A stretch of 64,000 nt of DNA from a virus, in IMG/VR virus record IMGVR_UViG_3300043788_000114, positions 64,001 through 128,000 of that record. One strand, written 5' to 3'. Both the position numbers and the translations under genes were made by a program. How positions within the stretch are numbered: position 1 is the stretch's first letter; each line of letters opens with the position of its first letter. The notes beneath the pieces are model-generated. The model was not told where the DNA came from. It was given only the letters and a program-made list of their open reading frames with translations, and did no database searches. Positions 24,065 to 33,997 of the stretch are shown piece by piece.

Positions 24065-25727
24065 AATCACCAACGTTTCACGCGGAACCTTTTATGGCCG
24101 ACCACTACGAAGTGGAAGGAATTGACGCGTACAATCCTGCGGCGACTCAGCCTGTCCATTTGGGCACCGCGATTTTGTACGGAATCGTGGTCGTAGCGGT
24201 CGTGGGCGTGATAGCCGTTGCCGCGACTATCGCCGCCCTTGTTTGTGGAGTTACGCTCCTTTTCGGATGGATATTTGAGGCGCTGGGAGCAACTGCTGGG
24301 TAAGTGCCACATGAGCGAGATCGATCTTATTCCAATCCCGGAGGGTGCGGAGTGCCAAGAGGCGAGCACTTTATCTACCAAGCGTTACATCCCTTGCTGC
24401 CGTCCAGCCGTGGCGATTATCTACCACGAGCGTGACAAGCGCGGGTACCTGATGTGCGTCGGATGCGCCCAGCACAATGTCATGAACCGTGGTGGCAAGT
24501 GGGTAACCGGGACTAAGGAAACAGAGTATCTGCGTAAGTGAAAGGAACCGGGGGATCGATGGAGCAGATAAAAGAGAAATTAGCGAAGTTTGAGGACGTT
24601 GAGGTAACTGATTGCCATCCTGAGAGCTTAGACAGGATAGTGCAACAACTTGGACCAGCAGCAGTTATCGAAGGATCGGCGCACGGAAACACCTGCACTG
24701 TGCGGTGCTTTGCCAACTCGGCAGGATTCATCAAGTTCGCAATTAACCATCAAGGTTACGGAAAGGTGGCAGCGGCGTGACAGAATACTCAGAACGTTTC
24801 AGCCAACCAGAACCTCCGTCTCAATCAGAAAAGATTGATAAGTTGCGTTCGGCGCTAAGGCTGATCTTGGATCAAACCGACTACGAGGTTGGGAACTGCC
24901 GCGTGAATGAAATGGTCGGCGCGGTCCTTCCAAAAGAAGTGTTACGCATCGCGAAGGAAGCCATAAATCTATGAACTACGGCCTCTATGTCGCGCGCTCG
25001 CAGGACCCGATCTTTACCGGGACGGCGGGAGAGTGCCGCGCGCAGGTGGACAAGCTGACAGACGAGCAGAAAACCAGCGGGTGGACAATCGGGCCGATTC
25101 AGGATGTTCCTCCGCCGCTGCCCAGCGATCCGAATTTTGCGTTACGTCTCACCTTGACATCCGCTGTCATTATTGGCGTCCCGGCCTTGTTGGCGCTTGG
25201 TCTGTATCTTAGGGGGTGCAGGTAAATGGCCGGGGATATTGTCTATAGCTGCGATCTTCCGGGTTGCGACCGCACCTACAGCGCGACGAATAACTGGTTC
25301 GCGGTGCAAGCTGATGGCTTAGGACGAGTCTGCATTTACCGGTGGGAGTATGCGAAGGAAACCAGAATTCTTGAATCGTCGAAGCATTTCTGCGGTGTAG
25401 GTCATACGATCCAGCATGTCAGCAATCTTTTGACGCCAAACACGACCGACCCCAACCGCGAGTCAACACTGGAACTCAAACCGCCGCTAACGCGAGACGG
25501 CGGAGAATTAGGCAGCAATGGAGAGACTCCAGATTCTTGAAACAACCGACAATGTAAAGATCGTGCGCCTCTATCTCGAAAAGTATGAACTGCTGACGGA
25601 GGAGGACAAGCGGCTTATCCGCTTGGCACTGCACTCACTGATGAACCCGCCGATGATTTTCCGGACACAACCCGACGAAAGCACAACCGACCCGGCGCAC
25701 CGGGCAGAGGACGGCAATGGCAACTGA
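24061..25727 (+). other. run of small hypothetical genes (24061-24303, 24311-24541, 24538-24780, 24777-24974, 24971-25225, 25226-25540, 25518-25727)
   Basis: Tightly coupled plus-strand ORFs. Confidence 0.7.
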
Positions 25728-26847
25728 AGGCGAATATCTTAGCCCTGAGAGCGAGAACGATCCACCCGATTCAATCGAAGCGGCCCCGTCCACGCTGGCC
25801 GTCATCACTCAGTCCGAGTACGCGGCAATGGTGGCGACGGCGAACCTGAAAGGCAACAAGCGGAGTGTCGACGAGTTCTCGAAAAAGCTGATGCTCTACG
25901 CTACGCATTCGCAGCCGGTCGCGCTGGGAATGTTTTACAGCCTGCCGCGCGCCGGGAAGCAGATTGTCGGCCCCTCGGTGCGGTTTGCGGAAGTGGTGGC
26001 TCCGTGCTGGAAGAACAACTCGACAGGCTCGCGGATCATCGGCGAGACGGAGCAGACGGTTACCGCACAGGGCGTGTTCCTCGACTACGAAGCCAACATG
26101 AGGAACGTGAAGGAGATTCCTCGCCGAATCACCAGCGGCGACGGGCGGAAATTCAACGCGGATATGATTTTGACGACTTCCAAGGCCGCGCTGAGCATCG
26201 CCTACCGCGAAGCGATTTTGAAGGGCGGTGTACCGCAGGCGCTCTGGACCCCGGCATTCGAGGAATCCAAACTGACCGCCGTGGGCAAGGCGATGAGCCA
26301 CAGCGCCCGCGTGGACGCCGCCATGGAGTACCTGACCAAACTGGGCGTGACCGAGTGGCAAATCCTCAATGCGGTGGGACTCGCATCGCCAAAAGAGATG
26401 GAGACCGAGCACCTTGTCACCCTGAAAGTGATGTGCGAAGAGATCAAGCGCGGCGACAGGACCATCGAGGCTGTCTTTGGCTCGCCGCACGACAAGGAAA
26501 TCGATGCCCTGTTCACGCAACTCAAGAAAGGCGAAGCGGAAAAGACTCTGCTGCGCCGCTCGTACATGGGCCGCGCCAAGGACCTGCTGGACTACCTGAA
26601 GGGCCAACTCGCTCCTTCCGGACAAAGCAGATCAGTCGAGACAAAGCCGGAGGCGCAAGCATCGCAAGCAGACACCGGAAGCACGCAAGCATCCAGTAAA
26701 GGAAAGGGCAAGAAGGGCAAGGATGCGGCTCAAGCCGAGCCTACCGGAGCGGCGACCGAGGAAAAGAAGCCGGAGGCCGCGCCAGAGGAGAAGGCGGAGA
26801 CCAAACCGGAAACCAAGAGCGGCGAGAGCCAGTCATTTAACTTTTAA
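25717..26847 (+). CDS. conserved phage protein, possible ssDNA-annealing/recombination protein
   Basis: YSLPRAGKQIVGPSVRFAE..W.N motif; low-complexity C-tail; nuclease in same operon. Confidence 0.5.
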   Translation: MATEGEYLSPESENDPPDSIEAAPSTLAVITQSEYAAMVATANLKGNKRSVDEFSKKLMLYATHSQPVALGMFYSLPRAGKQIVGPSVRFAEVVAPCWKNNSTGSRIIGETEQTVTAQGVFLDYEANMRNVKEIPRRITSGDGRKFNADMILTTSKAALSIAYREAILKGGVPQALWTPAFEESKLTAVGKAMSHSARVDAAMEYLTKLGVTEWQILNAVGLASPKEMETEHLVTLKVMCEEIKRGDRTIEAVFGSPHDKEIDALFTQLKKGEAEKTLLRRSYMGRAKDLLDYLKGQLAPSGQSRSVETKPEAQASQADTGSTQASSKGKGKKGKDAAQAEPTGAATEEKKPEAAPEEKAETKPETKSGESQSFNF

Positions 26848-26871
26848 GTAAGTGCAACCGGGAGGAAAGAC

Positions 26872-27204
26872 ATGAAAACATTTGGAGTTGTAGTGGGGGG
26901 CGTCGTCTTGGCGCTCGCTCTAATCGTCGGGATCGACCAGTTTGGTTTCGCTCTCGGCTTGTGGGATACGACGTTCTGGGGTGTAAAGCAGCAGGACGCC
27001 CAACGGAAAGTCTTCGAACAAACACAGAGCTACGTGCAAGGCAAGATTCAGAACATCGAACAGGAATGCTTTGCATACCAAAAGGCCGATGGCGCTCAGA
27101 AGAAGGCGCTCGCTGGCGAAATCCGCAACGAAGCATCCACCATCGACATAAGCAAACTGCCATCTGATGAGCAGTCCTGCGTCGAAGAAGCGAGGGGACA
27201 ATGA
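26872..27204 (+). CDS. membrane-anchored protein
   Basis: N-terminal TM; VFEQTQSYVQG. Confidence 0.75.
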   Translation: MKTFGVVVGGVVLALALIVGIDQFGFALGLWDTTFWGVKQQDAQRKVFEQTQSYVQGKIQNIEQECFAYQKADGAQKKALAGEIRNEASTIDISKLPSDEQSCVEEARGQ

Positions 27205-27782
27205 AAATCACTCTGATGGGATTTTTGGCTTTGGTGGTTCTCGGGTGCTGCGCTTTCGATGACAACGGGTGCGGCACTGCGCCCACGTCGGACACCACTC
27301 AGCAGGTACAACAAGAAAAGATGTCTCAAGAATCAAACGCGCAGGTCGGGATGCCGGGGATAACCAACTTCACCGAGAAGAAGGTGATGAAGCGGCTCTA
27401 CGAGATGCGCGACAAGAATGTGGCGACCTACACCTATCTAGTGGACTTACAGGGGCAGTTACACCATGTCTGCGATTCGATGGGTTACGGACTTCCCTAT
27501 GGTGTCCAGTTCAGCAATCCAGAGAAGGTGATGAGTTCCAGCACTTACGCGCTGATGCCGCAGTCAGAGCCGAACGGCTTGTTTATGCCGCCAAGCGCGG
27601 AGGGAACTTGGGTAATCTGCGCATCGACCAGCGGAGAATTCACGCCGATGTATCTGGAGCCGCGTGTCATTGTCAGCCCGTTTCGTCTACGAGCGGTGGA
27701 CGACTACGCGCTCTCTGGCAACACGAACGATGCGCTCACGAAGCAGGAACTCCACTCGAAGTACATACCGGCTGTGAAGTGA
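27201..27782 (+). CDS. conserved phage lipoprotein
   Basis: Lipobox VLGC; GLPYGVQFSNP, EPNGLF. Confidence 0.75.
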   Translation: MKITLMGFLALVVLGCCAFDDNGCGTAPTSDTTQQVQQEKMSQESNAQVGMPGITNFTEKKVMKRLYEMRDKNVATYTYLVDLQGQLHHVCDSMGYGLPYGVQFSNPEKVMSSSTYALMPQSEPNGLFMPPSAEGTWVICASTSGEFTPMYLEPRVIVSPFRLRAVDDYALSGNTNDALTKQELHSKYIPAVK

Positions 27783-28057
27783 GCTACGTCATCCATCTCG
27801 AATGGCTGGAAGGAACCAGCGTTAACGGTAGGAACGTCGATGGTCAGTACCTCCGCTCGTATGATCCTGATGCCTTTGACGGACAAGGCGACATGACGGC
27901 GACACATGACCTGAAAGAGGCGAAGCACTTTTCGGACATCAAGGCCGCGATGGAATTCTACCGCCAAGTCAGCACCGTCCGGCCTGTTCGCGGAGACGGG
28001 AAACCAAACCGACCACTCACAGCATTCACGGTGAGTTTTAAGAGTGTAGCGGATTAG
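27779..28057 (+). CDS. conserved phage hypothetical protein
   Basis: RGDGKPNRPLTAF motif. Confidence 0.7.
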   Translation: MSYVIHLEWLEGTSVNGRNVDGQYLRSYDPDAFDGQGDMTATHDLKEAKHFSDIKAAMEFYRQVSTVRPVRGDGKPNRPLTAFTVSFKSVAD

Positions 28058-28072
28058 CAACCGGGAGGAATC

Positions 28073-28708
28073 ATGTTCACAAGTGAATTTCGTAAAGTAG
28101 GAGAGTTGACACTCCCGTCATTTTCCGGGACGCGGGTGATGATGCTGCCCATCGTGATCGGTGAGCGCGGGAGTCTCCCTGACTTCGTATCGCACTACAA
28201 ACACACAGCATGGCGATTAGCACAGATGTGCGACGCGGACCACCTTGGCAAGGTTGGCTATCTAACTATCGACGAGAAACTTGTTCCGTCTGGGCGCACA
28301 CATCGCCGCGCCGGGATGCACGTGGACGGCGGAGAAGGCCGTGGATGGGGCGGCGGACGCCCGTGGGCCAGCAAGGCGGGAATGCTCACAGTTTCTTCGC
28401 ACCCCGGATGCCGCGCGTGGGCTCAGGAGTTCGACGGCGAAGTTGGAGACGAGGGAAGCTGCGATCATCTGGCCGATCAACTCAAATCGGATGGGACCGT
28501 GCTCGGAGCCGGGGAAGTGTACTGGCTCGGCGGTCTGTGCGTCCACGAATCTCTTCCACAACCGGAGAACGTGAAGCGTCAATTCATCAGGCTTTCCTTC
28601 CCTTCGACGGCCCCATGGTACGAGGGCTACACCGAAAACCCGTTGGGGATAAAACCGACAGGACCAATCCTGCCGCGACGCAAGTTTATGGATGAGGTAG
28701 CCGCATGA
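28073..28708 (+). CDS. 2OG-Fe(II) oxygenase-like protein
   Basis: HVD, distal HES, RQFIRL. Confidence 0.7.
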   Translation: MFTSEFRKVGELTLPSFSGTRVMMLPIVIGERGSLPDFVSHYKHTAWRLAQMCDADHLGKVGYLTIDEKLVPSGRTHRRAGMHVDGGEGRGWGGGRPWASKAGMLTVSSHPGCRAWAQEFDGEVGDEGSCDHLADQLKSDGTVLGAGEVYWLGGLCVHESLPQPENVKRQFIRLSFPSTAPWYEGYTENPLGIKPTGPILPRRKFMDEVAA

Positions 28709-29439
28709 AGCCGGAGGAATCAATGACGGATGTACTCGAACTGGAAGATGCGCTCGCAGGAACTCACATCAAGAGTGCTTGCGAGAAAGCCGCCGCGATG
28801 GCACAGACAGCGAACAAGCCTGTGCATTTTGAATTCAACGGCACTCATGTAACTGCGCAACCGGGGGAGACAGCGGAGACGCTGGTAAACCGCTGGCAGG
28901 ATGATTTTGATGCGGCGGCGAGAGCGTGGCGCGAATCTCCAGAACGGAAGATCGAAGAGGAGAAGCGAGCAGCGGAGGAGAAAGCTGCACGCGAAGCGCA
29001 CATAACGGAAGCGGCTTCCACCGAAGCTGAGATGCGTGAAGCGAAAGTGCCGTGGCCGAAAACCAAGGAACAACTTACGGAGTACATCGAATCGCTCGTG
29101 AGCAAACAGCACGACTATGGAACCTGCGTTTACGCGATGAGCATGGCCGCAGAGGCCGCGTTTAACTACGTCTCTAATTGTCTCGGCGTGACAGGATTCC
29201 AAGCATCCTGCGCCGATCTTGACTTCATCAAGAGGACGCGCGGCATAGATGGTCCATTCATGCTCATCAAAGGCGAGGACATGCTATACCCGCAATACAA
29301 CCTAGTGGACAATCTACTCGAAGCGATGAAAGAGTGGAAGCCTTGGGCAAAAGAGGAAGCGGAGAAAAAGCTGAGCGAGAATACCTCCGCACATCCCGAT
29401 GTAATCGCGCATTGGAAAGCGCTGGCTTCGCAAAAGTAA
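28705..29439 (+). CDS. hypothetical protein
   Basis: Coupled ORF; HDYGT, TGFQA motifs. Confidence 0.75.
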   Translation: MKPEESMTDVLELEDALAGTHIKSACEKAAAMAQTANKPVHFEFNGTHVTAQPGETAETLVNRWQDDFDAAARAWRESPERKIEEEKRAAEEKAAREAHITEAASTEAEMREAKVPWPKTKEQLTEYIESLVSKQHDYGTCVYAMSMAAEAAFNYVSNCLGVTGFQASCADLDFIKRTRGIDGPFMLIKGEDMLYPQYNLVDNLLEAMKEWKPWAKEEAEKKLSENTSAHPDVIAHWKALASQK

Positions 29440-29440
29440 C

Positions 29441-30021
29441 ATGGCAATCACTCTCAACTTCGCCTGCAATAACCCAGACAATGGGAACTTTATTGGTCAC
29501 TTCGACCGCATGGATGTGGATGCTGGCGATCTGCACATGGAGTTCGAAGGATCAGAGGAAACGATCACTTTTGATTTCCCGGCACGCGGCGGATACGGAA
29601 GCGTCACGATTAACGAGGAACATTTTCCTTCGCTTGCCTACAACGAGTGGTACGGAAATTGGTGCTGGAATGCAGCGTCGTTCACGTGGGTAGAAGCGCT
29701 GACCATCATCAATTATTTGGGAGCGAAAGGTTGGAGCATGACTGAGGGACCCTGTGAACTCTTTGACGCCTACAAAGATAGGCATCAGATCACGCCGCTC
29801 GAATGGAAAGCGGAGAACGAAAGAAAGATCGCATGAGACGCCAGCGCGACATCTTAGTTCTCACCATCCGCAGCCTTCACGTAGGCGAGGAGTTCTGCTG
29901 CACGTCTCGCTCCTATGAAGGGATCGAGGAGAGGCTAGAAGCCTACCGCATATCGAATCCCGGAAGGCGTTTTGCAATTCAAAAAACCAACCGTATCTAT
30001 ACGGTGAGGAGAGTCCGTTGA
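29441..30021 (+). other. two hypothetical genes (29441-29836, 29833-30021)
   Basis: Coupled ORFs. Confidence 0.65.
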
Positions 30022-31325
30022 CGGCCAAACTAGTCAAAATAGACCCAGCGAAAGTCCCCCCTACCCACCAGAGCACAGAGCTTTTGATGGGGTGCAAGAA
30101 AAACTACGTCACGCAAATCATCGAAGGCCGCAGGAATCCGGGTGGTGTGGAATCGGCTCGCGGCAGGGAGATTCACCACACTATGTCCCTGTACCTTTCC
30201 CACTGTGCGCGCAAAGGCGTTGCAATGGACCTGAGTGCCTTTGATGAATTCGCAAAGGGTGCAGGAGCCGTAGCGTCGAAGATTCTCGTTGGCGTCCGCG
30301 ACAGCTACGAGGTAGACTTCGCCGCCCTTTTTGCCACCGAGCTACGGATGTGCCTAGATGAAAACTTTCGACCGACAGAGCTATCGCCGGAAGTCGAAGG
30401 AATCTGCGAAGACAGCGGCGAGGAAGCGGCCTACGTCGGCACGCTTGATGGGCTGAATCTTTATCGCGAAGAAGGCAGGATCGTCGTGGATGACTTTAAG
30501 AGCCATCCAAGGCCGTACAATCCATTCGACCCAGACAAGAGTATGCAGGGGAAAGAGTATAGCCTTTTCTGCTTTCTGCATTTTCCGTGGGCGAACGAGG
30601 TGAAATTCCGATTGGTATTCGTTCGCTTTCGCAAGTTGGTACGCGAAGTGACTTACGTGCGTGATGATGTTCCAGAACTAGTCGAAGCCGTGAGGTCCAT
30701 GCGGTCGCGCCAGAAGGGGATTCACGAGGAGTACATCGCCGGAAAGGAAATCGAGGCGACAGGTAATGATGGGTGCGTGTACTGTCCGCTCCTCTCAAAT
30801 CGCGAATGCCCGATTCTGCAAGACAATCCAAACGCGCAGGGTGAACCTTCCGAGTGGTTGAGTAGCTCACTCGTCTATAGCGCATACGCCAAAGTGAACA
30901 ACGCTAGGATGCGGGCACATGTGCAGGGAACAGGCAGACCAATCGTTCTGCGCGACTATAACCAGAAGGCTTACAGTTTTGGCCCCGTAGAAAGTGAGAG
31001 TAATATCTACCCTCTTTTCAAAAAGACAGCCGATGGGATCGCCTTGGATGTGCATGGCAATCCAGATATGCCAATCGTGAGCCTTCTGCTCGATTACGCT
31101 CATGCGACTCCAGATGATACGAAATGGATGGGTAATCTTCTCATTTCATCAACAAAACTTAATAGTTACTTGGGTACTAAAGGCCGCGCGATGCTCGATC
31201 AGGCTGTTTCCGACACCGCAGACAAAGTAACTAAAGCCACTTTGAAGGTGAGCAAACCATTGGATTCTATCGACGAAGAGCCCGACGAGGGCGGCGAGGG
31301 TTGGGACGAGGACGAAGACTTTTAA
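30018..31325 (+). CDS. PD-(D/E)xK RecB/Cas4-like exonuclease
   Basis: RGREIH, GTLD, VDDFKS, CVYCP..C. Confidence 0.8.
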   Translation: MTAKLVKIDPAKVPPTHQSTELLMGCKKNYVTQIIEGRRNPGGVESARGREIHHTMSLYLSHCARKGVAMDLSAFDEFAKGAGAVASKILVGVRDSYEVDFAALFATELRMCLDENFRPTELSPEVEGICEDSGEEAAYVGTLDGLNLYREEGRIVVDDFKSHPRPYNPFDPDKSMQGKEYSLFCFLHFPWANEVKFRLVFVRFRKLVREVTYVRDDVPELVEAVRSMRSRQKGIHEEYIAGKEIEATGNDGCVYCPLLSNRECPILQDNPNAQGEPSEWLSSSLVYSAYAKVNNARMRAHVQGTGRPIVLRDYNQKAYSFGPVESESNIYPLFKKTADGIALDVHGNPDMPIVSLLLDYAHATPDDTKWMGNLLISSTKLNSYLGTKGRAMLDQAVSDTADKVTKATLKVSKPLDSIDEEPDEGGEGWDEDEDF

Positions 31326-31340
31326 GAAAGGTGTGAGGAA

Positions 31341-31955
31341 ATGGCAAAGCTCATAGTGAACGAGGAAACAACGATGAAATGGCCGGATGGTGTAGACAGA
31401 ACATTCATCCAGCTACGCAAAGAAAACAAAGCGTGGAAGAAACCGTGGAAAGCATTGGTAACTTCGCTGACCAAGGAACTGGAGGGCCTTGGGGCAACTG
31501 GCTCCGTGCTGATTTGCCGGTCGGAAGATGAACGTCAGGACCCCGGTGTTGCCGTGTGGTTCTCGATGAAGAAAGTGGACTTTGGCTGGCAGCAGGGGCT
31601 CGGGCTCCCGACTCCATCTCCGACACTCGATCAGATCGACGCGGCCTTCAAGGTCAAGGCCAAGCGGTTCCATCCTGACAACCGCGAGACTGGCGACCCG
31701 GAGCAGTTCAAGAAACTCTCCGCGTGGAAAGACGCAGCAATCGCGTGGATCACCGGAACCCACGATCACAGCCGCGAATCGGTGATGGCGATTGACCAGT
31801 ACACGGAAGCCAGATTGAACCTGTGCGCCATCCGGCTCGCCTTCGGACACATTCGTGGCCTCGCACGGGTGGGCGCTCCGGGCATCCTGTCGCAGACCCT
31901 CGGAGCATTCAGGGCCAAGCTGGCTGCGACCAGCAGTGAAGGGAAAGTGCTGTGA
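31341..31955 (+). CDS. J-domain-containing protein
   Basis: AKRFHPD...GDPEQFKKL; DPGVAVWF. Confidence 0.8.
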   Translation: MAKLIVNEETTMKWPDGVDRTFIQLRKENKAWKKPWKALVTSLTKELEGLGATGSVLICRSEDERQDPGVAVWFSMKKVDFGWQQGLGLPTPSPTLDQIDAAFKVKAKRFHPDNRETGDPEQFKKLSAWKDAAIAWITGTHDHSRESVMAIDQYTEARLNLCAIRLAFGHIRGLARVGAPGILSQTLGAFRAKLAATSSEGKVL

Positions 31956-32652
31956 CGAGAAAGATCAAAGTCCGCACCCGCGATGACATCAAGCCGGGAT
32001 TTATCCAGATCAGGACGGTGAGCACGGCAAAGATTTGCGTGGACATCATCCTCACCGAGGATCAAATCTACGGGATTGTCGAAGCATTGAAGAACGGTAC
32101 CGTGCCGCGTTACGAAGAGGCTCCGGAACAGAAGTGGAGAGAACTATGAGCAGCATGTCGATTCTTAGCCCGTTGCCCGATCCGTCAGTGAAGCTCCGCG
32201 AGTTGACGGAAGAGAATGCGCGCCTCGCCGACCGCGTGGATGAACTCGAAACGGAACTACGCAAGGAGCGCCGGAAGAATGAAGGAATCGAGAAAGGTGT
32301 GGCGGAGTTGAGGAAAACGCTCACACCACTTTATCAGGGCCTCCAGATGATGTTCGGCCACATGGAGGCGATGGGAGTGAGTGGGAGCAACCAAGCCACA
32401 GCATCGGCACCGGGCACCGACCCACGCAAAGCGGCTGTCTGGGAGGACTGGGTTGGGAAACTCGGCGGGAGAGAATCGTTTGCTGGCAAGATGATCATCG
32501 CGCTTCTACAGCACGGCGCACTTACATCGAAGCAGATCGCTATTCACATCGGAACCAAGCGTATGCAGACGGTCTACGAGACAACGCTCAAGGTCAATAA
32601 GGCTGGAATTCTGGATAAGAACGGCGACAAATTCTCGCTGAAGGAACTCTGA
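31952..32652 (+). other. two genes (31952-32149; 32146-32652 coiled coil plus wHTH-like)
   Basis: Coupled ORFs. Confidence 0.65.
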
Positions 32653-32653
32653 C

Positions 32654-33022
32654 ATGCAAATCTCGATCCTGAACAGCTTCCACGGTGACAAAGAAAAGGA
32701 CATCGATACCGCGACCGACGATGGCCGCGCGCAGGCGGCGAAGCTCGTCGATGAGTTGCTTCGCTCAGGATCAGCCGTCTTTCTCGAACGGGAAGTGAAT
32801 GGGGAAACCTACACCTACCGTGTGACCGGATACGACCAGAAGACGAACAAGCTGATGATTCGTCTTGACGCTGAACAGGTTAAGGATGTGGCTGTGGAGA
32901 TGCCGAGAAAGAAGAACGCCGGACGAAAAGGACGCCCTCTTGGCCCGTATCGCAAGCGTCACGCGACGATAGATGCCAACAGCGGAAGAACAGTAGCGGT
33001 AGCTCCCCGGAGCGGCGGATAA
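32654..33022 (+). CDS. hypothetical protein with C-terminal Gly-Gly
   Basis: Ends TVAVAPRSGG-stop. Confidence 0.75.
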   Translation: MQISILNSFHGDKEKDIDTATDDGRAQAAKLVDELLRSGSAVFLEREVNGETYTYRVTGYDQKTNKLMIRLDAEQVKDVAVEMPRKKNAGRKGRPLGPYRKRHATIDANSGRTVAVAPRSGG

Positions 33023-33023
33023 G

Positions 33024-33779
33024 ATGGCGACGACAGAATTAAGCTGGAATGACGTTCGGCACGGCGTAGCCAAACTCTGCGAGGAGCGTGGCTGGCACCA
33101 CGGCGTAGCGATGATGAGCAGCACCGATCCTACGCGCAGAGTGATTATGGCAAAGGGGAGTCCTTTGTCAGAAAAGCACGGTCACGACGTGCCTGTGGCC
33201 ATCGGAGGCGCACCGGAAGTTCGCGTGTGCTCGGCAAGCGATGTGAACGAATGCCAAGATGAGGATTATGTCGTAAACACGTGGCACACAACGCGCAAGA
33301 TGATTGCAGTGTGCAATAACCGGAAAGGTGCATCAGTCCACAAGTTCGAGGCAACCACAGAGCGTTTCGAGATGTACCTTCGGACTCTCCTGTGCCAAGC
33401 GGGAGCCGTCGATTCCGATGCGGAATTCAAGGCAATGATCGCGCTCAGGAAAAGAATCAACGATAACCAATGGGACTGCTACGTGCTTGGAAATGCTTTT
33501 ACGGAGACGAGCGAGCGATCAAATGTCACGTACATCTTCCGCAAGGGACTTCCGACGATTGCGATGCGATGCAGGCCGCGACCCGAAGGCGGCGAGACGA
33601 GGCATTTTCTAGCAGCGTTATGCTCGCACCCGCTGGCGTGGTTCGAAGGAACGCATGTTGGAGCCTATCCGCCAACAGATGAAGTGTTGGCAAATCTTCT
33701 GGCTGTCCGGGCAGACGAACACATGTACTGGCGGAAAAGCATTCAGCACACGCTCGATGATCCACTGGCGGCAATCTGA
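33024..33779 (+). CDS. conserved phage protein (LCxHP...PTD...DE motif)
   Basis: ORF starting 1 nt after the GG-ending gene. Confidence 0.75.
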   Translation: MATTELSWNDVRHGVAKLCEERGWHHGVAMMSSTDPTRRVIMAKGSPLSEKHGHDVPVAIGGAPEVRVCSASDVNECQDEDYVVNTWHTTRKMIAVCNNRKGASVHKFEATTERFEMYLRTLLCQAGAVDSDAEFKAMIALRKRINDNQWDCYVLGNAFTETSERSNVTYIFRKGLPTIAMRCRPRPEGGETRHFLAALCSHPLAWFEGTHVGAYPPTDEVLANLLAVRADEHMYWRKSIQHTLDDPLAAI

Positions 33780-33997
33780 TGAAAGCAATTCTCAAGGAAG
33801 CCGAAGAGTTCCCGGAGGTGATGGACGTGCGGATGTGCGCGCGATACATGCGTATCTCCGCCGACACGCTCTACAAGTATGTTTCGGATGGCTTCATACC
33901 CGCTTTCAAGATGGGAAACCGCTGGCGTTTCAGAAAGACCATGATCGATGAATGGATGGATGAACAGATCAAGAAAAACGGAAAGGGAAAAGAATGA
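33779..33997 (+). CDS. HTH_17 excisionase-like DNA-binding protein
   Basis: EVMD...TLYKY..G.IPAFKMGNRWRF. Confidence 0.9.
   Translation: MKAILKEAEEFPEVMDVRMCARYMRISADTLYKYVSDGFIPAFKMGNRWRFRKTMIDEWMDEQIKKNGKGKE

Noticed and set aside
30018-31325. Cas4-like nuclease as part of CRISPR-Cas
   Set aside because: Stand-alone phage exonuclease context.
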